Made by a program: the position numbers and the translations under genes
Assembly: GCA_963746345.1 (NCBI GenBank)
Contig: CAVVAN010000002.1
Span: forward strand, 213,202 to 277,201
DNA length: 64,000 nucleotides
Source of the DNA: an uncultured Verrucomicrobiae bacterium
GTDB taxonomy: Bacteria > Verrucomicrobiota > Verrucomicrobiia > Limisphaerales > UBA11358
Direction: 5' to 3'
Part shown: in pieces, positions 19,088 to 28,900 of the stretch
Layout: every line of letters starts with the position of its first letter
Numbering within the stretch: position 1 is the first letter of the stretch
Notes under the pieces: model-generated
Database searches by the model: none
Seen by the model: the letters and a program-made list of their open reading frames with translations, nothing else
Told to the model about the DNA's origin: nothing

Positions 19088-19990
19088 TCAAAGATCATTA
19101 TCCGGGTCTGAATCTACAATTTCGCCTTTGGTGTTATAGAACGCTCCATCTTTCTCAACGTAGAGCCATGAGAAGTTGCTGCCCCAATCATCCTGGGCTA
19201 AAGTTAGGATTCCATTGCCAAAGGCGACCTTGATTATGCTTCCGGTCGCCAACTGAAGTTTGCTTAACTTGGAAAGAGATTCGTCGAAGTGAATCGTGAT
19301 GACTTCTCCGGGCTTCTCGTAAGGAATCCATCCAAGCGCCGTGGGCAAAGGTTTTATGAGTTTGACGGTGATTGACCGCAATATACCAGATGTCTTGTGA
19401 ATGCGAATGACCTTGCCTTCAATACCGAAGATGTGTGAAGTAATTTTGCCATTCGTTCCTTTTTCATTCAATCCATATCCATTAAACGAATCAGCTTCTT
19501 CTTGCTGCTCAATCGTGAAATAATCGAAACCGTCTTCAATGTAGGCAAAGCGCAGCGTTTTGGTGTCGAGAACAAAATCAGTCTCGGCAAGACGTCCCCA
19601 AGGCACTTTCACAAACAGCATTTTGTCGTTCAACCAAGTGTGATGAACTTCGTAGGCGCCATGGTCAAGCAATTCCACGCAAACGCACCGATTTGTGTCG
19701 GCAGAATTAAAAATGTAAAGCCGTGTATTCCATGGCGCGTCACGCGTCCAGACCGGCCTTTCTTCAGCCAGTAAGGGCGAACCATTTTCTCTTTTGTCCT
19801 CTGGTTCCACAACCGATTTAGCCAATTGCTCATTCGTGAGATAAATCCGTTCGATTTTGATTTTTTGCAAATTCTCCGAAGACGGTTTTGAATAAGTGAC
19901 GTTTTCCTGCCGGGTCGGTTTGACAGTTGAGCAGCCAAATAACCCGCCGCTCAAAAAAAGCGCGAGGCAGAGGAGGAGTTTGAATTTCAC
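19088..19990 (-). CDS. hypothetical lipoprotein
   Basis: GTG start gives VKFKLLLCLALFLSGGLFGCST (lipobox). Confidence 0.5.
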   Translation of the reverse strand: MKFKLLLCLALFLSGGLFGCSTVKPTRQENVTYSKPSSENLQKIKIERIYLTNEQLAKSVVEPEDKRENGSPLLAEERPVWTRDAPWNTRLYIFNSADTNRCVCVELLDHGAYEVHHTWLNDKMLFVKVPWGRLAETDFVLDTKTLRFAYIEDGFDYFTIEQQEEADSFNGYGLNEKGTNGKITSHIFGIEGKVIRIHKTSGILRSITVKLIKPLPTALGWIPYEKPGEVITIHFDESLSKLSKLQLATGSIIKVAFGNGILTLAQDDWGSNFSWLYVEKDGAFYNTKGEIVDSDPDNDL

Positions 19991-19995
19991 AGTGA

Positions 19996-20079
19996 TTAAA
20001 CACCGAAGCGGCCATTTGTTGCGGTGGGATCGCGGTCTCTCAAAACGAAGGCGAGGGAGAGGATGATTTTTGAGTCCAT
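19996..20079 (-). pseudogene. degenerate orphan leader (MDSKIILSLAFVLRD...)
   Basis: Leader-like DNA block between two genes. The upstream gene terminates inside it in another frame. Confidence 0.4.
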
Positions 20080-20540
20080 GGCCTAACAATAATTTTCAAA
20101 TTTATGAATTTATCATCAGAACAACTGTCAAAAGCGATTCGCAACGGCGTGCCGTTTGTGACGCCGAATGGCCAAGATTGCGAAATGCCAAGCGAATTGC
20201 GCTGTTCGATGGTTGGCTCACGCAACCGTAGAATTTGTATGGTTTTTTCATCAAACTCACCTTTTACTACACGCTCCACCTGTAGTGTCATATCATACTT
20301 CCAATGTTTTGGCATAGGCGCACCCACCGAGAGATTTTCCGGCACATTATAATCCGCGCGCGCCCAAACTTTTGTGCAGGTGGCATCCAGCACGATCCGG
20401 CTTGAAGATTCTAATTCGGATGATTGTGCAGCTGCTAATGCGGTGAACGATTGTGTGCCCATGCCACGACAGCCGGTGAACATCAAAAGCAAACCGCCGC
20501 TCAAAACGAACGCGAGGCAGAGGAGGAGTTTTAAGTTCAA
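20040..20540 (-). CDS. hypothetical lipoprotein
   Basis: TTG start gives LNLKLLLCLAFVLSGGLLLMFTGC. The last 13 codons are read from leader-like DNA. Confidence 0.45.
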   Translation of the reverse strand: MNLKLLLCLAFVLSGGLLLMFTGCRGMGTQSFTALAAAQSSELESSSRIVLDATCTKVWARADYNVPENLSVGAPMPKHWKYDMTLQVERVVKGEFDEKTIQILRLREPTIEQRNSLGISQSWPFGVTNGTPLRIAFDSCSDDKFINLKIIVRPWTQKSSSPSPSF

Positions 20541-20544
20541 GCTT

Positions 20545-21477
20545 TCATTCTCCCTGATGCGATGCAATCAAACTTTGTAATTTAATTGCCGCCGCTTTCT
20601 CTTTTTCCGTATTTGGAAATCCTTCTGGAATGTATGGGTTCAAACGATTGAGATCAGATACATCAAGCGCACGCAGCGGCACCCCCAGTTTTTGCAGGTC
20701 GGTGGTGGTAAATTGAAATAAGCCTTTCAACGGCATGGCACCTACTTTGAAATCCGAAAAACCAAATACTCCATCTCCTCTTTGAATTTTGACTTCGGCC
20801 ACACCAAAGGAATTATTCGGATCGTCTTTGGCCAATGCAACCTCAAGCGAACCTTTGCTGGATGAGATTTTGATTTTTTTATCGTCACTCAAATAGGCCA
20901 GACTGGTCATTTTTGCCACAGAGCCTTGAATGATAAATCGCAAGTCAAAAACCACCGCTGGTGGAACATTGGTGCCGATAAAATTCATTTGAAAGTCTGC
21001 ATTGGTTCTATCCACACTCTGATACAATCCCCACTGGACCGTTCCCCCGTTGAAATAAGCCAATTCTCCAGAATTATCTTGGTCGCAGATGACACACAGG
21101 TGGTCCGCCATCAACAAATAGGGCAGACCGTCCGGTGTCTGGAGCAAAACGGTTGCATGTTCCCGGTTGGCGGCGATTTGCATGTTGATTAACGGATGAC
21201 CGGGGCGCGAAAGTTGGGCCTTAAATGAAAATCGGTCTATCAGTTTAGGTGCGATGATATTCGCATAATTAAAGGTCGGTGAGTCTGACGAGGTTTGCCC
21301 TTGAGCGACTGGAATTATTAACTTTGGCCTCGATGCCAGCACCAAGGTTTTCGTTTCAAAAAGATTATTCAGAATGTTTGTTGCCGTTGGGTCGCCATGA
21401 GCTCTTTGTGGAGCAAAAAGAACTAACGAAGCACCGCTCAAAACGAGCGCGAGGCCGAGGATAAGTTTTGATTTCAT
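20545..21477 (-). CDS. secreted hypothetical protein
   Basis: MKSKLILGLALVLSGASLVLF leader, 310 aa. Confidence 0.5.
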   Translation of the reverse strand: MKSKLILGLALVLSGASLVLFAPQRAHGDPTATNILNNLFETKTLVLASRPKLIIPVAQGQTSSDSPTFNYANIIAPKLIDRFSFKAQLSRPGHPLINMQIAANREHATVLLQTPDGLPYLLMADHLCVICDQDNSGELAYFNGGTVQWGLYQSVDRTNADFQMNFIGTNVPPAVVFDLRFIIQGSVAKMTSLAYLSDDKKIKISSSKGSLEVALAKDDPNNSFGVAEVKIQRGDGVFGFSDFKVGAMPLKGLFQFTTTDLQKLGVPLRALDVSDLNRLNPYIPEGFPNTEKEKAAAIKLQSLIASHQGE

Positions 21478-21490
21478 GGTTTGCTCCAAC

Positions 21491-22162
21491 CTATTTAACT
21501 CGTTTCAGGACTATTATGGCTGCCTGCACTGGATGTCCGCTCGCCAATCCTTCCTCCTTGAAAGAAACAGAATCAACAATCCAACCCTGCTGCTCATAGT
21601 TCTTTAATTGCGTTCTCCAAGGGAAAGCATACAACGATGAATAGCCATTGTTGTTCAAACCGGGATAATCAAGCCTCTGGACAGATTTGTATTCACAATT
21701 CTGCGCTTTCAGAAAATCCCACAACTTGATTTCATAAAACGAACCACCACCTAGCAAAGGCCTTTTGCCATCCGGCCCAATCACATAAGGAATCTCTTCA
21801 AAGATAAAACAAATATCCGGTCTCTTCATTAATTCATTTGACGCAATAAAATCAACCTTCCAAGTGTGATCATCTTTTTTCAGTGTGATCTGCGGCTTGA
21901 GACTTTCCGGTTGAATCGAATCAACATTCTTTTCGTGCTTCATGTCAAGCCAGACAAGAGAATAGGGAGAAAAGTCACCTTGCTTTGAGGTGATGGTGAT
22001 GTGAAAAGCTTTTCCGCCTTGCGCAGCATTGTTGGAAACCGAAAAAACGTAAGTGCCCTGATCCAAATTATTGGTAGTGACAGGAATGTCTGCCATATAC
22101 GCAGATGCGGTCAAACCGCCGCCCAAAACGAGTGCGAGGCAGAGGAGGAATTTGGGTTTCAT
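21491..22162 (-). CDS. secreted hypothetical protein
   Basis: MKPKFLLCLALVLGGGLTASAY leader. Confidence 0.5.
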   Translation of the reverse strand: MKPKFLLCLALVLGGGLTASAYMADIPVTTNNLDQGTYVFSVSNNAAQGGKAFHITITSKQGDFSPYSLVWLDMKHEKNVDSIQPESLKPQITLKKDDHTWKVDFIASNELMKRPDICFIFEEIPYVIGPDGKRPLLGGGSFYEIKLWDFLKAQNCEYKSVQRLDYPGLNNNGYSSLYAFPWRTQLKNYEQQGWIVDSVSFKEEGLASGHPVQAAIIVLKRVK

Positions 22163-22181
22163 GGGTTGGAATTCCATTATG

Positions 22182-23129
22182 TCAGTTGGCCAAAGCGTGT
22201 CCGTGAGTGTATTTGTAGAGACTCGAAGGCACAACAACCCGATAGCTTATGTCATCCACGCTGACTTCGATTTGTCCCCAGCATCGTAAATCATCTCCAT
22301 ATCTTCCGAATTGGAATGTATCCGTTCTCTGCCAATGATTATCACTAAGGTGAAGATTAACACATGCGCCATTTATCACAGTGCCATCGGCGTCGAGAAT
22401 GCGAACGGCTGTTTTAGGTGAGTCCAGCCGCCACGCTGAAACATCACTGTAGAGCACCACTTCGCTCTCGGTGTCAAATGGATTGGCCTGTTTAAGCGAC
22501 AACTCCAAATGCTCTTTCCGAGACAAGTCAAACTCAACATTTTCCCAGCGCACGACATGATCGTGCTCAGTCAGCGATTTCATGGCGGCAACAAATTTGG
22601 GAGGGCCCGCATGAATCGAAGGCGGCGGCGGGTCTGCCGGGTTCCGATCAAATCCATAGGGAATTTCCACCCAATACCGTTCCGATCCTATCGAGACCTC
22701 AACCCAACAGTCTTCAAGCGCATTTGTGCCCCACGGAAAATAGGTCACCACTTGCGGAACTAGTTTCATGCCCGGATACGAGGCCGTGCTAACGCCAATT
22801 GGAGCATTCAGAAGTTCCATTCCTTCTGCCGTTGGCTCGACGATATCGCCATTCGCCCGATATAACTGCGCTGCGATGGCGTTAGTTTTAAAAAATCCAA
22901 ATCCCTGCACAATATTCATAATATCCAAACGCAGCCCGCGCGATACTTGATCGTCTCGTTCGCCTGAACTGACTAAAAAAAACGGCTCATTCGACAGATT
23001 TGTCGGGGATGGAAAATTGATATATTTCCAAATTGTTAATTTTCGCGGCTGGCTATTTGTTTTTGGTTCAACAGCGAATAAATGGGTGCTCAAAACGAGC
23101 GCGAGGCAGAGGATTGGTTTGGGGTTCAT
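22182..23129 (-). CDS. secreted hypothetical protein
   Basis: MNPKPILCLALVLSTHLFA leader, 315 aa. Confidence 0.5.
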   Translation of the reverse strand: MNPKPILCLALVLSTHLFAVEPKTNSQPRKLTIWKYINFPSPTNLSNEPFFLVSSGERDDQVSRGLRLDIMNIVQGFGFFKTNAIAAQLYRANGDIVEPTAEGMELLNAPIGVSTASYPGMKLVPQVVTYFPWGTNALEDCWVEVSIGSERYWVEIPYGFDRNPADPPPPSIHAGPPKFVAAMKSLTEHDHVVRWENVEFDLSRKEHLELSLKQANPFDTESEVVLYSDVSAWRLDSPKTAVRILDADGTVINGACVNLHLSDNHWQRTDTFQFGRYGDDLRCWGQIEVSVDDISYRVVVPSSLYKYTHGHALAN

Positions 23130-23135
23130 GGTTTG

Positions 23136-23624
23136 TTATCTTTCATCGGCAAATTCCTTCAAATTAAAAATATAATCAGAAGGCCCTCCATCAAATTCAC
23201 CGTAGCTCTCTTCGACTCTAAATTCAGATGTTTCAAGAAATTTGACTGCGACGCCAAATTCAAAAACGATGCATTTAGCCCTCAACGGTTTTGGAATTTC
23301 ATCAAATATTGTCCCTCCCGTTAATTGTCGTGCCTCGACCGATGTGTCGCCAATGACTTTATGGCTGCCCTTTATGCTGGCGTCATTGATTTCCAGATTC
23401 CCGGAATAAATATAATGCTTGTCCTTTGGTATCACGACGACAGTGAAAAACACTACTTCATTGTTCGTAAAATTGATGTGCGCCGTTTTAATTTTGAGGA
23501 AAGAAAAATCGGTTTTAAGGTTCGCGTGATTGATTTGAATTTCGGCTACATAGCCGTAGGCGCGTTGTGTGGCAAAAGAGCAGAAAAAAACAAGCGCGAG
23601 GCAGAGGATGAGCTTGGGTTTCAT
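23136..23624 (-). CDS. secreted hypothetical protein
   Basis: MKPKLILCLALVFFCSFATQRAYG leader. First gene of the array. Confidence 0.5.
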   Translation of the reverse strand: MKPKLILCLALVFFCSFATQRAYGYVAEIQINHANLKTDFSFLKIKTAHINFTNNEVVFFTVVVIPKDKHYIYSGNLEINDASIKGSHKVIGDTSVEARQLTGGTIFDEIPKPLRAKCIVFEFGVAVKFLETSEFRVEESYGEFDGGPSDYIFNLKEFADER

Positions 23625-23654
23625 GGCGTGCTTATTGTAACTCTGACGCAAAAT

Positions 23655-23901
23655 TCAACCAGCCTGTTCATTATTTTGCCCAAAAGCTTCAGGTAATACC
23701 GGCCTCGGCTTGGGGTAATGCCATCCGTCTGCAGCCTTCAGCCTACATCGTTCACGCTGCCGCTTCCACCTTCGCCGTCGCTTTTTTCCGTATTCCTCCA
23801 CCAAAGGCAATTTCATCAATGCCCGTTTCGCATACGTCCGATGCGCCGCTTGGCTGTTGTGTCCCAGATTTTCCATGGGAATCGCTTCGGATATACGTTG
23901 T
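23655..23901 (-). pseudogene. tyrosine recombinase C-terminal remnant
   Basis: ..ENLGHNSQAAHRTYAKRA.. is box II with the catalytic Tyr. Everything N-terminal is missing, and the hipA stop abuts it. Confidence 0.55.
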
Positions 23902-25146
23902 TTATTCTTTGAATTTCTCCAACGTAGTTGTGCAGCGGCTTTGAATTAGCGTAGCTACAGCTTTGGTGGTGGGGTGCTCGGTGATCAAGTCGGGCGTTTT
24001 TGACAGGACTGTTTCCGCCAGTTCCTTCACATGTTGTTTCACCATCGGCTTGGCCAGTCCCGCTTCATCGGCCAGTTGATCAAAGTGTTTCGGCAACACC
24101 TTGTCGGAGGCATATTCACCGCCGATCTTCATCGCCATTTTTGGGGCAAGTTCCGGGTAATAGGCCGTGCTGAGAACATCGTAAAGCGGCGCGAGCCGCG
24201 TCTCGCGACCGTAAAGCAACGAAAAATTCTTTCCATGAGCATCATGGTTTCCGACCAGAAAATTGAAAATGACGGCATCCAGCAATCGTTGGAGGTCAAT
24301 CACCGGTGCACTGGACAATTCACGCAGCAACGCGAAACACTGTTTGAGCGAAGGCCCGCCTTCGTTCTGGTATTTATTGTCAGGACTGATGCCAAGCGCC
24401 TGGCAAAAATCTTCCTGATGTTCCCGTTCCAAATATTCGGGACCGTCTGGAGCATCCCGCAACGCGATCCGATCGTAACGCTGAATAATGAGATAATCAA
24501 TGTCCTCTACCTTGCCCACTTCGGCTTTGGCCGTGTGCAGACCAATCGCATGGGCGAGTTTCATGCAGAAAGCTTCATTGAACACGATACCTTCAAAACG
24601 CTCAATGGCCGGTTTTATAATATGAGTGCTGGGGGCTCCGCCAAGCGGGATGGAAATATGATCGTCGGCGACATGCACGGCAATTTTGTCCTGCGCACCA
24701 GCCAACGAAAGTCGAATGCCATCCTCTCCTGCCATTAGCGGACGTCGTGGCAACAACCTGAGAATTTCCGCCAGTTTTTCGCCGGTCAACGGGCGATAAC
24801 TGTAATTGCGTTCCGGCAGTTTTCCCCCCACCGGTATAAATGTCACGGCTCCGGCACATTCGCCACCGATTTGCTCCAGCATGGCAAAATCGTTTCTGGC
24901 ACTGATTCCGAGATTCTTTGCGATAATCTCGCGTTTACTTTCATCAGGTAGAACACCGGCAAAAAATCCCCGGCACTCGTTGCGGTTAAACCGCCCTTTT
25001 CTGAGTGGCAGCGAATGTGACAGCGGAATTGCGCCTGCATGGTTCAACCAGCTTTCGGCATAATGATATGCCATCTTGCCATTCTCATCCTGAATGAGCT
25101 GGCCCACCAAGTGCCGCCGTAAATAAACGTCTAATGTCCGTGGCAT
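23902..25146 (-). CDS. hipA: HipA-family Ser/Thr kinase toxin
   Basis: 414 aa with LSLAGAQDKIAV and VGNHDAHGKNFSLLY motifs. Stands 3 nt after hipB. Confidence 0.9.
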   Translation of the reverse strand: MPRTLDVYLRRHLVGQLIQDENGKMAYHYAESWLNHAGAIPLSHSLPLRKGRFNRNECRGFFAGVLPDESKREIIAKNLGISARNDFAMLEQIGGECAGAVTFIPVGGKLPERNYSYRPLTGEKLAEILRLLPRRPLMAGEDGIRLSLAGAQDKIAVHVADDHISIPLGGAPSTHIIKPAIERFEGIVFNEAFCMKLAHAIGLHTAKAEVGKVEDIDYLIIQRYDRIALRDAPDGPEYLEREHQEDFCQALGISPDNKYQNEGGPSLKQCFALLRELSSAPVIDLQRLLDAVIFNFLVGNHDAHGKNFSLLYGRETRLAPLYDVLSTAYYPELAPKMAMKIGGEYASDKVLPKHFDQLADEAGLAKPMVKQHVKELAETVLSKTPDLITEHPTTKAVATLIQSRCTTTLEKFKE

Positions 25147-25149
25147 ATT

Positions 25150-25380
25150 CTAAGTTCCTTTCTTGCCGCTCCCGGCGGGCGGAATCATCTCGATTTTGAT
25201 GCCCAGCGTATGCAGAACGGTAAGCACTTTGCCAAGCTGACAAGTGGGCTTCCCTTTCTCAAGATCAATGATGAAGCGCAAGCCTGTGCCGGAGGTCATG
25301 GCCAAATTCTTTTGGGTCACACCCATGCTTTTGCGGGTGCTACTGACCAATTCGCCAATTTTTTCAGGATTGTATTTCAT
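25150..25380 (-). CDS. hipB: HipB-like XRE-family antitoxin
   Basis: 76 aa HTH (MGVTQKNLAMTSGTGLRFIIDLEKGK). Confidence 0.8.
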   Translation of the reverse strand: MKYNPEKIGELVSSTRKSMGVTQKNLAMTSGTGLRFIIDLEKGKPTCQLGKVLTVLHTLGIKIEMIPPAGSGKKGT

Positions 25381-25392
25381 AGCTTAAATCAA

Positions 25393-25412
25393 ATGTTACC
25401 GTGCGGTAACAT
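25393..25412. promoter_or_regulatory. palindromic operator candidate 1 (ATGTTACCG-TG-CGGTAACAT)
   Basis: Perfect 9+9 dyad 13 nt upstream of the hipB ATG. Confidence 0.55.
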
Positions 25413-25445
25413 TATGTTCAATCATCGGCTAAATCAAGCGAATTA

Positions 25446-25459
25446 TTCCCGAACGGGAA
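25446..25459. promoter_or_regulatory. palindromic operator candidate 2 (TTCCCG-AA-CGGGAA)
   Basis: Same TTmCCG-N2-CGGkAA architecture as operator candidate 1. Confidence 0.5.
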
Positions 25460-25492
25460 CAAACACTCCTTGAAAGACAATATTGGGGGGGT

Positions 25493-25510
25493 TATTCCCG
25501 TTCGGGAATA
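25493..25510. promoter_or_regulatory. palindromic operator candidate 3 (TATTCCCG-TT-CGGGAATA)
   Basis: Perfect 8+8 dyad. Confidence 0.55.
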
Positions 25511-25550
25511 TAAACTGATGCCCACGATTTAATCATATCCAGGTCAGATT

Positions 25551-25913
25551 TCAGCCATTGTTTTTGGCAATGGGCGTAATGACGATGGACGAGACGAAAA
25601 CCGCGATGCGCTCCAGTTCAGCATAACGTTTGGGCAGGATGCCAATGGCGGCGAGTTTATTTTCGCGGAGTTTGTCGGCGAGGAATCCGAGTCGCCAGCC
25701 GAGGACGACGACATCGGCGGTGGAGAACGCGAGCGATAATTTTTGCGGCGGTGCGTCCTTGTCGTTACCAGCATCGGAATTTAGTTCAAGGGTGTAATCA
25801 ATCAACTGGCTGGCGTTGAAACCACGGCGATGATGTTTATCTTTGTGAAATTCAATGCAAGCGGCGTAAGAGTTGGAGGACTCGTAACAGCTATCATCAA
25901 GGAAGGTGGACAT
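25551..25913 (-). CDS. hypothetical protein downstream of relaxase
   Basis: 120 aa ORF, 21 nt after the relaxase stop. No family recognised. Confidence 0.4.
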   Translation of the reverse strand: MSTFLDDSCYESSNSYAACIEFHKDKHHRRGFNASQLIDYTLELNSDAGNDKDAPPQKLSLAFSTADVVVLGWRLGFLADKLRENKLAAIGILPKRYAELERIAVFVSSIVITPIAKNNG

Positions 25914-25934
25914 AATTTTTTGAGGGTTGAGGGT

Positions 25935-28900
25935 TTAGTGGCCGATGCCCCGCGAATGGCGGGGCGGCGGCACGTTTAGTTTGATGTTGGGGCGCACCTG
26001 TGGCATCCGGTTGGCCACGGGTGAAATCATTTCGGCCTGCTTTGCGGCCTGCTTCGCGTTTTCGGTCGGTTCGACCTTCGCAGCCTGCTTGCCGGCCTCG
26101 GCCGGTGTGGGCTGTTCCATTTTCACAGGTTGGCCCTGCACTAGCACCCAGCGGCGGAAATCTTTAACAACCTTTGCGAGTAGTTGAACGGGCGACAGGC
26201 GGGTGTGGCGCTGCGGACGATCCTCGCGACCGGCGGCCACCGAACGCATGGGGCGCACCGTGCGAAAGTCATTGTGAATAGCCACCGCTGGCGATACAGG
26301 CGTCTCTGATTTGCGGGTGAAGCCGAGCTTGGCCAGGTTATCGCGCAACGCCTGCAACTCAATAGCGGCCTTGCGTTCGTGCGAATCCGTGACCCGGCGG
26401 GCAAGCAACTCCGAATCATCGGTGAAGACATGGACGCGCTCGCGGCCACGCGAGATCGAAACGTAAAATTGTTCGCGGTTGACGGCAGGAAATGATTTTG
26501 ACGAGGCGACCAGCAGCACTTCATCCACCGTCTTGCCCTGCGACGAATGCGACGTGACCGCGTAACCGTGCGTGAAGGTGTTGAACCCGACAGGCAGCGT
26601 GCGGCCATCGGCAAGCGCAATGCGGCCATCCTGAACCGCCTTCACCTGCACCCGTTCGCCATTGATGAATTCTTTGCCGTGGTTGGCCTGGAGCAGCAGC
26701 CAGTCACCAGCAGCGACCTTCAGTTCACGGGATTCACCCACGTCGAATGACGCGGCGGACGTGGACGGAATGAAATCCACTTCCGTGCCATCGGAACGGC
26801 GCACGCACAGGCCGGTTTCAGCCACGGCGACGACCTCGACCGTTTCGCCATGTTCAAATTTTTTGGTGCGGCGGATAAAGCGGAGACGCTGGCCGGGTTC
26901 AAACTGGCTGGCATTTTTCTTTTGGGCCACCGTCCATGACAGCGAATCGAACACCGGAAACGTCTGGTCGTCCGGGGCAAGCTGGTGGTCGTCCCGCAGG
27001 GACTCGCGCACCTTTTCGGTGACGGCCTCAATCTCCGCCCACGTTGGTGAGACGAGCAGCGCGGATTTGCCCTGCTTCGTGGCGGACACATACGCATCGG
27101 CAGCACGCTGGTAAAGCTGGCCGTTGTCCGTGTGATGGCCGTCCGCAAGAACTTCCGTCACGGCCCCAAGTTCAACCAACTTGGCAAATGCCTTGTCCGT
27201 TTGTTTGGCGGCAGCGAGTTCAACAATTTCCCGGAACGCGGCGGGTTTCTGGCGGCGGATGGTCGTCAGTTCGCTGAAACGGTATGATGAATACTGCTCG
27301 ATGATGCGGAGTGCATCACCACGCTGGACGGATGAATGCTGGCCGGTGTCGCCGGACAAAACGACCCGGCAGTTGTTGCGGCGGACGATTTCAAACAACC
27401 GGGCCATGTCATCAAGACCCACGGCCCCCGCTTCATCCAGCACCACCACTGCACCCGGCGAAAGCTGCCGATGCACTTCGGGATCAGCCAGCAGTTTTTG
27501 CAGCGTCATGGTTTTGCCCAGATAGGACACCTCGTTGCGAAGCGTGGCGGCGGCGGAAGCGGTCGGCGCGCAGAAATAGGCGTCATAGCCCCCGTGACAA
27601 AGTGCGGTTGCCAGTTCGACCAAGGCGGTGCTTTTGCCCGAACCCGCCAACCCACGGAAGCCGGTGAACTGGTCGGGGCTGGTGAGAATGTGCGCCAGAG
27701 CCTTGCGCTGGTCAGGGCCGAGGCGGTCAGGCGGTTCGTAACGGTGGGTGATCGGCTTGACGGCATCAATCCCGGCATTGACGGTGCGAATCAGGGAAAG
27801 CTCCTTCGTCAAAATCTCCCGCGTGGAAAACTCCGAACCCACGCGCACCAGTTTGTCGTCAGCAGCCAGATTATCCTTCAGCCGTCCCAAGTCCAATTGA
27901 CCGCAGCCTTTCGCCAATGCCGCTTCCAAAATCTTGTGCTGCGGAGCGACCGAGCGGCGTTCAAAGACGTGACCGAGACCGTGCGCGAGGGCATCATCCG
28001 GCCTGACGTATTGGGCGAAGGCTTTGGGCTTACCATCGGCAGCGGCGACCACTTGACGCAATACACGCTTTTCAAAGAACCCAATCTCGCCAAGTTGCTG
28101 ATCACGCACCTGTTCATCAGATACACCCTTCAACTTTTTTGGACGCGACTGGTGGACGACATGGGCAACTTCCTTTTTAGTCAGCTTGCGACCGAGTTTG
28201 GTTTCCTGACGTTTAACGGCCATGTCCCGTTGTTGTGACCGTTTGGAAAACCGTTCAATCAGTTTGGCATCCACACCCTCAATCTCGAATGCCGAGCCAG
28301 TGCGCCGCGTGACATAACCGATTTGATGCAGACGCTTGGCCAGTTCATTGCGATAAACTGCCGTGCCGTAGTTGATGGCCCCGAACATATCGCCCGTTTG
28401 CAATGCCTTCCAACGCCCTTCCTTCTTGTCCCAGGTTGCGTTGAACAGGACGAAGTGCGTATGCAACTGCGGATCAAGTGAGCGTGACGTGGTATGCAGA
28501 AAGGCCGCACCAACCAAATTGCCGGTGACACGATCCTGTTCCTGAATGCCACCCTTGCGAACCCTTGAAGCGGCGAACGATTCCAATTCCCGCATGGCCA
28601 TCATGGACGCTTCCTTGTGTGCCTGAATGATGCGCCGGTCATTCATGGTCACAGCCAGAATCGAAACCGATTTGGGCGGTGAACAAACGAAGTCGAAATA
28701 AATCCTGCGCTCCCTGAAATGCTGCGGTGTCAACTGCTCACCAGTCAACGGATGCTGATTGTCACAAAGCCGGAGGAACGTATCACGGGTGACAACTCCA
28801 CCCGTTTTCAATCCCAACCGTTCAGCCCCGATGCCCAGCCATTGACCGTGTTGCGTCTCATTCTGCGTGTAATAATCGTTGTGGGAAAAATGCTCGTCAA

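Noticed and set aside
11680-23624. Integron interpretation: a tyrosine recombinase next to a co-directional cassette-like array.
   Set aside because: The repeats lie inside the 5' coding ends, not in attC-like imperfect palindromes between genes. The integrase is convergent with the array rather than divergent from an attI/Pc region. It also looks like a tRNA-targeting phage or ICE-type integrase with an att duplication.
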